A DNA stretch of 32,000 nucleotides from an uncultured Candidatus Saccharibacteria bacterium (GCA_964543385.1 CAZIYE010000001.1:210001-242000); one strand, 5' to 3'; positions 1 to 8,014 are shown, counted from the first letter of the stretch. Made by a program: numbers and translations. Notes: generated from the letters alone by a model not told the origin.

Positions 1-1860
1 TATGTCTGCATCATATTGATCTTTACCAGCGACGGCAAGTTGTAAAGTTTTTCCAGACAGGACAATTGGATTTTCTGGAGTCACAATTAGATTAGTTAAA
101 GCTGACATGGAATCCTTAATCTCTGTAATTGTGTCATCGTTTTCTTTGATTAGATAGAAATTGCCTCCAACATTTACATTTGATGCCACAATATCCTTGT
201 AATACGGAATTGTTATACGAACATTTTCCCGATTTTGTCTTGGGGAATGTGTATAAACTAGCCATTCCCTATTTCCATCTGAACCTTTTGTGAGAGCCAT
301 AGAAAAAACTTTTATCTCAGCATTAGTAGTTGTATCGAAGGTCGTCGGATCCAAATCTGTATTCAAGAAAAACCAGCGCCCGATGCCATAGCGTGATTTA
401 ATATCAGCATCTAAATAGCCGCTAGCGACTCCCGATCCAGCCTGATAAGGATGTTGACCGTTGGGATTTTCCACTAGATTGCCATTTTGCCAAAAATCAG
501 TCAGCACTGGTTGCCTATGGACTCTGTCAACTGCATTCATGAGAGCATAGTAATAATCTTTTTGACTATCCCAGGTCTCCAAGTTATTTCGGAATTCTCT
601 TACTGAGTATGGCCTCGTTAACCACATGCCATATTGAACCATACCAGCATAGCGCTCCGGAGACCAAGGATAACCAGTCAGAGCAAAAGCAGCTCTTTTA
701 TCGCAACATTGAGATATGTTAGCCAGTGAAGAACAATACGTCGCTACATCGCAACTTGGCTCATAGCCATCCCAGGTAGAAAGCTCAAACAAAAAATCAG
801 ATTTGCGTTGACGTGTTTCTTCATTCATAAAGACCCAGTTCATTGCCTCAAGCTGTGGACTGATCACACGCCAATCAGTGACATGTTCAAATGTTGCCAG
901 ATAGTAATCCGGAGATGCTCCATCCCAAGCATATGGAAAAGCCGATGTCCGAGGCACTGTATCATTGTATTTCGCAAACAAGTCAGTTGGATTCGAATAG
1001 GTTGTAATAGTAGATGTTCCGGTATTCCAATTATTATCATTGAGTCTAAATGCCGACCATTGGAAAGCCCCAAAACCAACGAATTTTATATTTCTTTTCC
1101 AATAAGCATTTAGATCGTCACGCCAGCCCGAAAAAAGAGCACTGAATCTTTCTATGAAACCATCACCAACCAAACGATTACGATAATTTATTTTTTCAGC
1201 ATATGCCATTCCCGCTTCACTCGCGCTATGTAAATCAGTGTATCGCTTTGAAATATCTGCTGAAGATGCTCTCAAAAGAGACCCTTCGTTGTTACCTGCA
1301 ATGTAAATATCTGGAGGATCAGGATAAACCTCCTGGAAAAATTTCATTGCTTTGGTATTGGCTTTGTCGGCACCAAGTTGACGCCATAAATCAATTTGTG
1401 ATTGCGGCCCGAAAGCATCAACATAATCTGTAGTTTTCCCATCTTGTCCAATCACCGATGGATTAGAACTTTCCATTACAGACGATCCCGTGAAATTGCC
1501 GCTACCGTCTGTATCAATGGTTGAGAAAGGAGGTTTTAGAAAAGTAGCACTTTCCCATTGGGTCTCATTGAAAGTCAAAGGAAGATTGAGTGCTCTCGCT
1601 CTCAATATGTCCTTGATGTTGTAATTTGTTCCCGTCGGTTTATCAAAGACGAAGCCTGGAATGATGTGGTGACCACGATCGATAAGATCAATTTGTTGTT
1701 TCGAAAAAGTTGACGACCAGTGCTGCAAATATGGCAAAGGCCGACTTGAACCATCAACAACTATGACATCTGCTTTATTTTTGGGAATAAAGTATATAAA
1801 AATGCCAACAACAACCAAAAAAAGAGCAACGGATAAAAAAGCTGATACTTTTCTTTTCAT
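1..1860 (-). CDS. Large membrane-anchored or secreted protein of unknown function, possibly an extracellular hydrolase; C-terminus runs off the window
   Basis: Hand translation of the minus strand from ATG at 1858-1860 gives 620 uninterrupted codons to the window edge (MKRKVSAFLSVALFLVVVGIFIYFIPKNKADVIVVDGSSRPLPYLQHW...). It is absent from the ORF track, probably because no stop lies in the window. One N-terminal TM. The last readable part (LIVTPENPIVLSGKTLQLAVAGKDQYDADI) resembles the start of a bacterial Ig-like domain. An in-frame GTG at 1921-1923 could extend it upstream. Confidence 0.75.
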   Translation of the reverse strand, partial: MKRKVSAFLSVALFLVVVGIFIYFIPKNKADVIVVDGSSRPLPYLQHWSSTFSKQQIDLIDRGHHIIPGFVFDKPTGTNYNIKDILRARALNLPLTFNETQWESATFLKPPFSTIDTDGSGNFTGSSVMESSNPSVIGQDGKTTDYVDAFGPQSQIDLWRQLGADKANTKAMKFFQEVYPDPPDIYIAGNNEGSLLRASSADISKRYTDLHSASEAGMAYAEKINYRNRLVGDGFIERFSALFSGWRDDLNAYWKRNIKFVGFGAFQWSAFRLNDNNWNTGTSTITTYSNPTDLFAKYNDTVPRTSAFPYAWDGASPDYYLATFEHVTDWRVISPQLEAMNWVFMNEETRQRKSDFLFELSTWDGYEPSCDVATYCSSLANISQCCDKRAAFALTGYPWSPERYAGMVQYGMWLTRPYSVREFRNNLETWDSQKDYYYALMNAVDRVHRQPVLTDFWQNGNLVENPNGQHPYQAGSGVASGYLDADIKSRYGIGRWFFLNTDLDPTTFDTTTNAEIKVFSMALTKGSDGNREWLVYTHSPRQNRENVRITIPYYKDIVASNVNVGGNFYLIKENDDTITEIKDSMSALTNLIVTPENPIVLSGKTLQLAVAGKDQYDADI

Positions 1861-1970
1861 AGCTTTATTGTAATACCAAAAAAGAACAATTGCTAGTATT
1901 GTCAAGCTTATCGCCTGAAACACAACTGAAAATCACAAGATTATTAAAGATTCGTTTGATGTTGTATAAA

Positions 1971-2003
1971 TAATAAAAAATCTAGTTTTAAACTAGATTT
2001 TTT
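1971..2003. terminator. Rho-independent, probably bidirectional terminator
   Basis: AAAAAATCTAGTTTTAAACTAGATTTTTT, a near-perfect inverted repeat with A and T tracts, just downstream of tRNA-Trp. Confidence 0.7.
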
Positions 2004-2004
2004 A

Positions 2005-2078
2005 TGGCAGGGGCTAGAGGAATCGAACCCCTAACAAAGGTTTTGGAGACCTCCGTTATACCATTTAACTAAGCCCCT
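2005..2078 (-). tRNA. tRNA-Trp (anticodon CCA)
   Basis: Reverse complement AGGGGCTTAGTTAAATGGTATAACGGAGGTCTCCAAAACCTTTGTTAGGGGTTCGATTCCTCTAGCCCCTGCCA; 7-bp acceptor stem, anticodon loop CTCCAAA, T arm, encoded CCA. Confidence 0.9.
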
Positions 2079-2165
2079 ATTTTCAAGCAATAAGCTTGTA
2101 AGCAGTAAGAATTAAGCCTTATTGTCTGCTTATTACTTACTAGCTTACCGCTTACTACTCGATAA

Positions 2166-2333
2166 TTATTTTGTTTCTTTGTGAAGAGTCTTTTTCTTGC
2201 AGCTCTTACAATATTTCTCAAGCTCTATGCGCTTGATCACATCTTGACCTTTCAGTCTTTTCTCAGTGTGATAATTTCGGCTTTTACAGACTTCACATTC
2301 TAGAGTAACAAGTTTTCTTGCATCTTTTGCCAT
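2166..2333 (-). CDS. rpmG: 50S ribosomal protein L33
   Basis: Hand translation [55 protein letters not shown]; CxxC...CxxC zinc-type L33 pattern. Confidence 0.9.
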   Translation of the reverse strand: MAKDARKLVTLECEVCKSRNYHTEKRLKGQDVIKRIELEKYCKSCKKKTLHKETK

Positions 2334-2372
2334 AGTGGAATTTCCTAAGTTATTCGTTTGCTTATTATTTCA

Positions 2373-2447
2373 TGGAGCCACCTGTCGGATTTGAACCGAC
2401 AACCTACTGTTTACAAAACAGTTGCTCTACCGTTGAGCTAAGGTGGC
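2373..2447 (-). tRNA. tRNA-Thr (anticodon TGT)
   Basis: GCCACCTTAGCTCAACGGTAGAGCAACTGTTTTGTAAACAGTAGGTTGTCGGTTCGAATCCGACAGGTGGCTCCA, cloverleaf with encoded CCA. Confidence 0.92.
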
Positions 2448-2448
2448 A

Positions 2449-2534
2449 TGGTGCTGGGAGAAGGATTCGAACCTACGAAGGCATAAGCCGCCTGATTTAC
2501 AGTCAGGTGCATTTGACCGCTTTGCTATCCCAGC
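2449..2534 (-). tRNA. tRNA-Tyr (anticodon GTA)
   Basis: GCTGGGATAGCAAAGCGGTCAAATGCACCTGACTGTAAATCAGGCGGCTTATGCC...GGTTCGAATCCTTCTCCCAGCACCA; long variable arm and encoded CCA. Confidence 0.9.
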
Positions 2535-2630
2535 ATAAAACTTGTTAAATAACAATTAAATTCTCGATTATTATAACAAAATAATCTCATCTAATCAATA
2601 AATAAAAAATGGAGCCGATGACCGGAATTG

Positions 2631-2661
2631 CCCGTCTCGCCTTTGGCGTAGCCGAGGCGGA
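2631..2661. repeat. Palindromic insertion element C (single hairpin)
   Basis: CCCGTCTCGCCTTTGGCGTAGCCGAGGCGGA separates the two halves of GGAATTG|AACCGG in the T loop of the outer tRNA copy. Confidence 0.7.
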
Positions 2662-2677
2662 AACCGGTGACCTACTC

Positions 2678-2727
2678 TCCCGATGTTTCTATCGGGATCC
2701 CGATCCCAGTTTCCATGGGCATCGGGA
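2678..2727. repeat. Palindromic insertion element A (double hairpin, TCCCGA...TCGGGA ends)
   Basis: TCCCGATgtttctATCGGGA then TCCCGATcccagtttccatgggcATCGGGA, inserted in the anticodon-stem portion of the outer tRNA copy. Confidence 0.75.
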
Positions 2728-2749
2728 CTTACTACTAACACTATTCGTC

Positions 2750-2825
2750 TGGAGCCGTTGACCGGAATTGAACCGGTGACCTACTCCTTACCATGGAGTT
2801 GCTCTACCAACTGAGCTACAACGGC
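2750..2825 (-). tRNA. tRNA-Thr (anticodon GGT)
   Basis: GCCGTTGTAGCTCAGTTGGTAGAGCAACTCCATGGTAAGGAGTAGGTCACCGGTTCAATTCCGGTCAACGGCTCCA; full cloverleaf with CCA. Confidence 0.92.
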
Positions 2826-2870
2826 ACCTGACGAATAGTAATAATAAATGGAGTTGCTCTACCAACTGAG

Positions 2871-2926
2871 TCCCGAGTCTCGCTTGAAGCTCGCTCGGGA
2901 TCCCGGCAACCGAAGGTTAGTCGGGA
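2871..2926. repeat. Palindromic insertion element B (double hairpin, TCCCGA...TCGGGA ends)
   Basis: TCCCGAGTCTCGCTTGAAGCTCGCTCGGGATCCCGGCAACCGAAGGTTAGTCGGGA sits exactly between CTGAG and CTACATCGGC of the outer tRNA copy (plus-strand reading). Confidence 0.75.
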
Positions 2927-3021
2927 CTACATCGGCATCACCTATTATTAACGAAAAGATCATACCATTTATTAGAGTCGAGTTCAACAATAAATCTTCA
3001 CTTAAGGTAAAGCTACCAGAA

Positions 3022-3756
3022 CTATTTATATCTAGAATACATCGAATGAGTTTTTTGCTTGTCCTCTGCCTCGGAAGCTAATTCTCGGTATTCTTTATTA
3101 TCAATATCTAAACTGGCAGCTCTTTTTAAAACCTTGGCCGCTTTTGCATATTGCCGGACCTGCATATAGGCCTTGCCCAGATCTGCATACCAGTCCGGAT
3201 TACCCTTTTCTAGGATTATAGCTTTTTGCAGATTATCAATTGCACCGCTTAAATTTTCATTGCCAACTTCCACTTTACCTAGACCATAATATGCTTCCCC
3301 TAATTCTTTATCACATTTGAGAGCGGTCTTAAATGCTTCCTTTGCATCAGCAAATTGGCCGCGGGTAAAAGCAATTTTTCCTATCAAAAGATATGCTTCC
3401 GCGCATCTTTTATCTTTGCCGATCACTTCGATGGCCTTGTCTTCGGCGTCTCTCAAATCATTAGCTAAAAATGATTCGTTTGCGAGGTGTAGCATCCTAG
3501 CATCTTCTGGATCATCGACTTTGAAATTAGATATTGCCGCTTCCACTTCAACAGGAGCAACAACATTGTTATTTTTTTCAATTTCAGCCTGAATAGCCTT
3601 CACTTCACTCTTTTGCATACCGCGAGCGAATTCAGCAAAAAAAGACTTAAATTTAGCAGAATTAAAATAGCCAGACAAAGTATGAGCATCCGGATAATGC
3701 CGCAACAGCAAGAATAATGCTATGGCCAAACAAATTATTATAATGATTTCTAGCAA
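3022..3756 (-). CDS. Membrane-anchored tetratricopeptide-repeat protein
   Basis: ORF of 244 aa; N-terminal hydrophobic helix followed by several TPR-like units (AEAYLLIGKIAFTRGQFADAKEAFKTAL, GEAYYGLGKVEVGNENLSGAIDNLQKAI, PDWYADLGKAYMQVRQYAKAAKVLKRA). Confidence 0.85.
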   Translation of the reverse strand: MLEIIIIICLAIALFLLLRHYPDAHTLSGYFNSAKFKSFFAEFARGMQKSEVKAIQAEIEKNNNVVAPVEVEAAISNFKVDDPEDARMLHLANESFLANDLRDAEDKAIEVIGKDKRCAEAYLLIGKIAFTRGQFADAKEAFKTALKCDKELGEAYYGLGKVEVGNENLSGAIDNLQKAIILEKGNPDWYADLGKAYMQVRQYAKAAKVLKRAASLDIDNKEYRELASEAEDKQKTHSMYSRYK

Positions 3757-4547
3757 TCTACCTCCAAATAAGTTTTGTCTTTTAGTTCTACAGTCACTTT
3801 ATTCTTCAAAATACATTGATTAACTACTATGCCTTCACCTTTTGTGGTTTTCATCGAAGTGCCAACTGAGGGCATTTTGTTCTTCGCCTTCTTATAAAAA
3901 TCCAATTCATATTTAAGACAACACATAAGTTTTCCGCAAGCTCCAGTAACCCTGTTTGACCCCATCTGACCAATATTTTGGTCATAGGCCATATCAATAG
4001 AAACACACTCTAATTCGCCTTTTAAGAACCTATTGCAGCAAAAACCCTGGCCACAACGCCCAACTCCTCCAGTACATCGAGCTCTGTCCCTAGCTCCGAC
4101 TTGTTGTAGTCTGATCAATTTTTGAAAAGATGATGCCAACTCTGATACCAGTGTTCGAAAGTCAACCCGACCAGGAGCAGTAAAATAGAATGTTAGCTTC
4201 TTTCCGTCAAAAGAAAGATCCGAATCAAGAAGTTCCATCGGAAGTTTATGTTTTTCAATTATTTCCTGACATTTGCCGATGAATGATCTGGCTTCTTTCC
4301 CTTTATCATCGTCAATTTGCTTGTCTTTATCATTCATCCGCCGAATCAAAACTGCAACTTTTTCTCCTGTCTCTCTAACGAAATTATCATCATTTTTGAC
4401 TTCCTCTTCACGAACCACTTTGGCGACTTCCTGGCATTGATCCGATTCAAATATAACCATGCTTTCAGCATCCAAGTCAAAATTACCCCTATCAACAGCA
4501 TGTATTTTGTTATCACTTCTAGATTTTATAAAGATTTTATCTTTCAT
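3750..4547 (-). CDS. ricT: PSP1 C-terminal domain protein (RicT/YaaT family)
   Basis: Contains GRVDFRTLVSELASSFQKLIRLQQVGARDRARCTGGVGRCGQGFCC, CVSIDMAYDQNI and GACGKLMCCLKYE, hallmark PSP1/YaaT motifs. Adjacent to holB, as in Bacillus. Confidence 0.9.
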   Translation of the reverse strand: MKDKIFIKSRSDNKIHAVDRGNFDLDAESMVIFESDQCQEVAKVVREEEVKNDDNFVRETGEKVAVLIRRMNDKDKQIDDDKGKEARSFIGKCQEIIEKHKLPMELLDSDLSFDGKKLTFYFTAPGRVDFRTLVSELASSFQKLIRLQQVGARDRARCTGGVGRCGQGFCCNRFLKGELECVSIDMAYDQNIGQMGSNRVTGACGKLMCCLKYELDFYKKAKNKMPSVGTSMKTTKGEGIVVNQCILKNKVTVELKDKTYLEVDC

Positions 4548-5244
4548 AGTCTTCTTTTATAAATAAAATTAAATTCTCAAGAGCTAATCGCTGATTGGCA
4601 TTTCCGGCAATTCTCTTTTTGGCTTTGATTATCTTTTCTAAAATTATTGCTGATCTAATATCATATTCTTTTAGTAGTTTCTCCTCTAACTGCCATGTCC
4701 AATCATCTAATAAGTTAACTGCTTTATTGTCCTTTACTATCCCCTCAATTTTCTTAAACAACTGGAATAGCGGTAAGGCGGTAATATCATAGTATGAATA
4801 TGTAATACTTCTCATTTCTGGCTGATCATTTATCCTAACGATTCTACATCGTGATCTGATGGTCGAAATCACATTGCTGCTTCTTGCCGTCAATATAATT
4901 ATAACATTTTTTGGTGGCTCTTCTAGAGTCTTCAATAAGATATTTGAAGATGAATTATTTAGTCTATCAACTTGGTATATAATCCCAATACGTTTTCCAC
5001 CATGGCTTGACAATGAAATCTGATGGATGAACTCTCTGATTGCAGCCACCGATATCTCTCCGGATTTTCCTGTTTCATTGCTCGGTTCGATAATCGAAAT
5101 ATCTTCTACCAAACAACCAGATTTAGTTATCAGATTATCAATTTCCTTTTGAGCAGATTTCAGCCCCTGGGAAATAAAAAGATAAGCATGAGAAAAACTA
5201 TCTTTTTCTGGCTTATTTTTTAATGTTTCATCAATCTGCATCAA
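4537..5244 (-). CDS. holB: DNA polymerase III delta' subunit-like (AAA+ clamp-loader)
   Basis: HAYLF near the N-terminus, IIYQVDRLNNSSSNILLKTLEEPPKNVIIILTARSSNVISTIRSRCRIV. Overlaps ricT. Confidence 0.82.
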   Translation of the reverse strand: MMQIDETLKNKPEKDSFSHAYLFISQGLKSAQKEIDNLITKSGCLVEDISIIEPSNETGKSGEISVAAIREFIHQISLSSHGGKRIGIIYQVDRLNNSSSNILLKTLEEPPKNVIIILTARSSNVISTIRSRCRIVRINDQPEMRSITYSYYDITALPLFQLFKKIEGIVKDNKAVNLLDDWTWQLEEKLLKEYDIRSAIILEKIIKAKKRIAGNANQRLALENLILFIKEDYER

Positions 5245-5348
5245 TCTAAATCTAGCAGAGAGATCGTCCGTTTACAATATGACCCCTTTTACTAGAAAAA
5301 AATACCAAAAAGTAGTATATTAATTAGTAATAGAATCGAAAGGTAAAA

Positions 5349-5690
5349 ATGGTAAAAGTCAATATTGAAGACCTTGAAGATAAGTCGCTCTTTTGCAAAG
5401 ATTGCGGAAGCAAATTTATTTGGACAGCTGGCGAACAAAAATTTTTTATAGAGAGAGGCCTCCAGAATATTCCCAAGCGCTGTAAGGTCTGTACCGCCAA
5501 GAATAGAGACAAACTCCGAGAAAAACACCCGATGTGGTGGATAAAATGCCAAAAGTGCGGCAAAAAAAATGAGGTTCCTTTTGAACCCCTTAGCGAGGAT
5601 GTATATTGCGAAGAGTGCTTTTTAAAAGAAATTGAGAAAAGAAATAAGAAAATATCAGATCTGGGCGAAACGATCCCGGAACAAAATTAA
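5349..5690 (+). CDS. Zinc-ribbon protein (zf-trcl plus CxxC-x17-CxxC type domain)
   Basis: FCKDCGSKFIWTAGEQKFFIERGLQNIPKRCKVC and CQKCGKKNEVPFEPLSEDVYCEECF. Confidence 0.85.
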   Translation: MVKVNIEDLEDKSLFCKDCGSKFIWTAGEQKFFIERGLQNIPKRCKVCTAKNRDKLREKHPMWWIKCQKCGKKNEVPFEPLSEDVYCEECFLKEIEKRNKKISDLGETIPEQN

Positions 5691-5753
5691 GAATCGATTA
5701 ACTATCATTCCCCACCTAAACCCTAGATTGCGAATATTTTTTATTCTCAGTAC

Positions 5754-5790
5754 GCAAAAATCCCGGCTCTCAAACTATAGGCCGGGACGA
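5754..5790 (-). terminator. Rho-independent terminator for rpmB
   Basis: Reverse complement GTCCCGGCCTATAGTTTGAGAGCCGGGATTTTTGCG: perfect 7-bp TCCCGGC/GCCGGGA stem plus T run. Confidence 0.75.
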
Positions 5791-5813
5791 CAAATCAAAA
5801 TACTGCAGTACAG

Positions 5814-5966
5814 TTATTTCTTTATTGTCTTGAGACACCTAGTGCAAACCAAAACACCATTTACCTTTTGAAGGTTTGGTTTAAACTTTCTTTTTGTGTG
5901 GATTTGTGAGTGAGAAATCTGGTTACCCGCAACTGAACTTTTATAACATATGGCACATCTTCCCAT
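5814..5966 (-). CDS. rpmB: 50S ribosomal protein L28
   Basis: MGRCAICYKSSVAGNQISHSQIHTKRKFKPNLQKVNGVLVCTRCLKTIKK. The start is taken at the conserved Met, codon 37 of the 5814-6074 ORF. Confidence 0.9.
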   Translation of the reverse strand: MGRCAICYKSSVAGNQISHSQIHTKRKFKPNLQKVNGVLVCTRCLKTIKK

Positions 5967-6077
5967 TTGTATTCTCCTTGAAAAAATGATTGGTAAAGAA
6001 CTAAACTTTTTGATAAAATATATAGAGTCTATCAAAGACTTAAATATTTTATCAGAATTAGTTAATTTAATCAACCC

Positions 6078-6758
6078 ATGTTTATATTATCTCTGCTACA
6101 ACAACAACTCAGTTTTAATGATCTCTTAATTGTCATCACTACTTATGTTGGGGGAATAATTGTAAGTATTGGTTTCCATGAGTTTGCACATGCTTATGTT
6201 GCTAATAGATGTGGCGATCCAACAGCAAGATATGAAGGCCGAATGACATTAAATCCCTTAGCCCATCTAGATATGGCTGGGACTTTTCTGCTCTTTCTTA
6301 TTGGATTTGGGTGGGGAAAACCAGTTCCTATTAATCCAAACAACTTTCGAGGCAAAAACGATAATCTGAAAGTTGCTTTCGCCGGAATTGTAGTCAATCT
6401 AATAACCGCTTTCCTTTTATCGATACCAAAATATATCGCCCTCGACCACGGCATTATGACCGACTCATCTATATGGCTATGGGCGCTAGATTCCCTAATC
6501 AATATCAATATTATACTAGCCGTTTTTAATTTACTGCCTGTGCCGCCCCTTGATGGATCACATCTTTTCGAAAACTTTCTCGACGAGGATACATATAAGA
6601 CTCTACAAAATATCGGCCCCACTATTCTAATGGGGGTTATTGTTCTGGGAGTAGTTACGGGACAATCAATTATCTGGAATTACTGGATTGATCCACTCTC
6701 AAGGGGAATATCTATAGTATTCTCTCAGATAATTCTTCCGATAATTAATATATTATAA
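6078..6758 (+). CDS. Site-2 protease family (M50) membrane metalloprotease
   Basis: GFHEFAHAYVANRCGDPTARYEGRMTLNPLAHLDM and NLLPVPPLDGSHLF; multiple TMs. Confidence 0.93.
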   Translation: MFILSLLQQQLSFNDLLIVITTYVGGIIVSIGFHEFAHAYVANRCGDPTARYEGRMTLNPLAHLDMAGTFLLFLIGFGWGKPVPINPNNFRGKNDNLKVAFAGIVVNLITAFLLSIPKYIALDHGIMTDSSIWLWALDSLININIILAVFNLLPVPPLDGSHLFENFLDEDTYKTLQNIGPTILMGVIVLGVVTGQSIIWNYWIDPLSRGISIVFSQIILPIINIL

Positions 6759-6779
6759 TCTAAGTATACTCAGGATCCA

Positions 6780-7592
6780 CTAGTTTGAAATATCCATATT
6801 GGCAACCATATACCCAACACCAAATGGGTTCTCATATGAGTAGACCTTTGCTTTGTAGCTCTTTTGAGATATAGCACCTAGCAATATCAATGTCGAACGA
6901 TAACCACACTCCCCTGCCTTCTCAACAAAATCATCATCCATATTCAACACTGAATAATCATCACCTTTTTTGATCAAAGATATAAATTCATTATCAAACT
7001 TTTCGCCATTAAAGGTTTCTCCTGCCTGGGACTCCTGACCTATCCTATGACTCAAATCACCTGAAGCGATGATAGCTATTCGGCTATTTGATTTTTTTTC
7101 ACAGACCTCTGATAAGATCTGCCCAAACGCATAATGCTCGGCCTTCGATGCGGTAGAATATCCAATAGGAAGTATTTTATGGGAGAAATCTAGTTTTTGA
7201 CTCAAAAAATAATAAGGCACTGTGACACCGTGATCCAATTCATATTCACCGTCACCATTATCATAAAAAATTGCTGGTAGACCTTCGTCCTCGGACTTAT
7301 CGACAATCTCTGCAGCCAATTCAATATCGTTTTTAACGTGACGCTCATAATCAGAGTTATTAAATGAGTTAAAAGAAGCGTACAAGTCAGACATGCCGCA
7401 TATATTAAATAAATGCGGATAATGAGCCATGTGGGGAGAAATAAAAATTATTACATCTGGGTCGGTATCAGCCAGCTTTTCACCCATCTTCAAAAGAGCA
7501 TCTTTTGTTTTCGCAATCTTTTTTTCATCACCCTTACCAATAAAAGGTACTAAAACTGGTGGATGAGGCACAATACCTGCAAAAACAATCAT
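6780..7592 (-). CDS. Class III extradiol dioxygenase/LigB-like (MEMO/AmmeMemoRadiSam B-type) protein
   Basis: FAGIVPHPPVLVPFIGKG, VIIFISPHMAHYP, ELDHGVTVPYYFL, IAIIASGDLSHR motifs. Confidence 0.82.
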   Translation of the reverse strand: MIVFAGIVPHPPVLVPFIGKGDEKKIAKTKDALLKMGEKLADTDPDVIIFISPHMAHYPHLFNICGMSDLYASFNSFNNSDYERHVKNDIELAAEIVDKSEDEGLPAIFYDNGDGEYELDHGVTVPYYFLSQKLDFSHKILPIGYSTASKAEHYAFGQILSEVCEKKSNSRIAIIASGDLSHRIGQESQAGETFNGEKFDNEFISLIKKGDDYSVLNMDDDFVEKAGECGYRSTLILLGAISQKSYKAKVYSYENPFGVGYMVANMDISN

Positions 7593-7650
7593 GCTATTCC
7601 TTTTCGTTTAGTTATTATGAAATTATTATAACAAAAAGGTGAATAACTAA

Positions 7651-7872
7651 CTAATTATTATCATTAGATCTGGTGGCAAGAGATATAATCATATATATAG
7701 CAGCCACTCCTACTATGTCATAAATTAATTTTGTAACAAAGGTAGCTTGACCAAAAATAACTTCTACAAGATTGAAGTCAAATATACCAACCAACCCCCA
7801 GTTCACACCCCCAACAATTAAAAGCACTAATACGATCCAATCAATTGTGTTTAAGCGAAACATTTGTTTCAC
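7651..7872 (-). CDS. DUF378 family small membrane protein
   Basis: NTIDWIVLVLLIVGGVNWGLVGIFDFNLVEVIFG...IVYDIVGVAAIY-type pattern. Confidence 0.85.
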   Translation of the reverse strand: MKQMFRLNTIDWIVLVLLIVGGVNWGLVGIFDFNLVEVIFGQATFVTKLIYDIVGVAAIYMIISLATRSNDNN

Positions 7873-7941
7873 CTCCCTTTATTGTTTTAATAATGATTAT
7901 AAATATAAATTATTAAGACATAAAATAAATAGCATAAAATA

Positions 7942-7975
7942 CAAAAAGACAGAATATTAAAACTCTGTCTTTTTG
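7942..7975 (-). terminator. Terminator after the large surface-protein gene
   Basis: AAAAAGACAGAatattaaaacTCTGTCTTTTTG, an 11-bp inverted repeat with A/T tracts. Confidence 0.7.
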
Positions 7976-8014
7976 ATTTAGCCTAGTTAAAAATGGCCAA
8001 TTTTATTGCATTCT

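Larger units (their letters stand above)
2610..2936 (-). pseudogene. Interrupted tRNA-Thr copy (outer tRNA) with three palindromic insertions and a nested tRNA gene
   Basis: The segments GCCGATGTAG / CTCAGTTGGTAGAGCAACTCCAT / GTAAG / GAGTAGGTCACCGGTT / CAATTCCGGTCATCGGCTCCA match the intact tRNA-Thr(GGT) at 2750-2825, except for one compensatory acceptor pair. They are separated by inserts at 2871-2926, 2733-2847, 2678-2727 and 2631-2661. Confidence 0.8.

Noticed and set aside
808-1113. ORFs 808-1113 (+), 864-1079 (-) and 1203-1433 (+)
   Set aside because: Shadow ORFs within the long open minus-strand frame 1-1860.
2610-2936. Reading the broken tRNA as a group I or archaeal-type intron system
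   Set aside because: Inserts are too short for group I introns and I found no bulge-helix-bulge motifs. Kept only as a low-probability alternative to palindromic insertion.
2848-3081. Plus-strand 77-aa ORF (MELLYQLSPESRLKLARD...)
   Set aside because: Arises from the broken tRNA copy and palindromic element B, and runs into the 3' end of the TPR gene.
5632-5871. 79-aa plus-strand ORF
   Set aside because: Overlaps the end of the zinc-ribbon gene and contains the rpmB terminator hairpin; no support.
5814-6074. 86-aa version of the rpmB ORF
   Set aside because: The N-terminal 36 residues do not fit L28; the conserved start is MGRCAIC at 5966.
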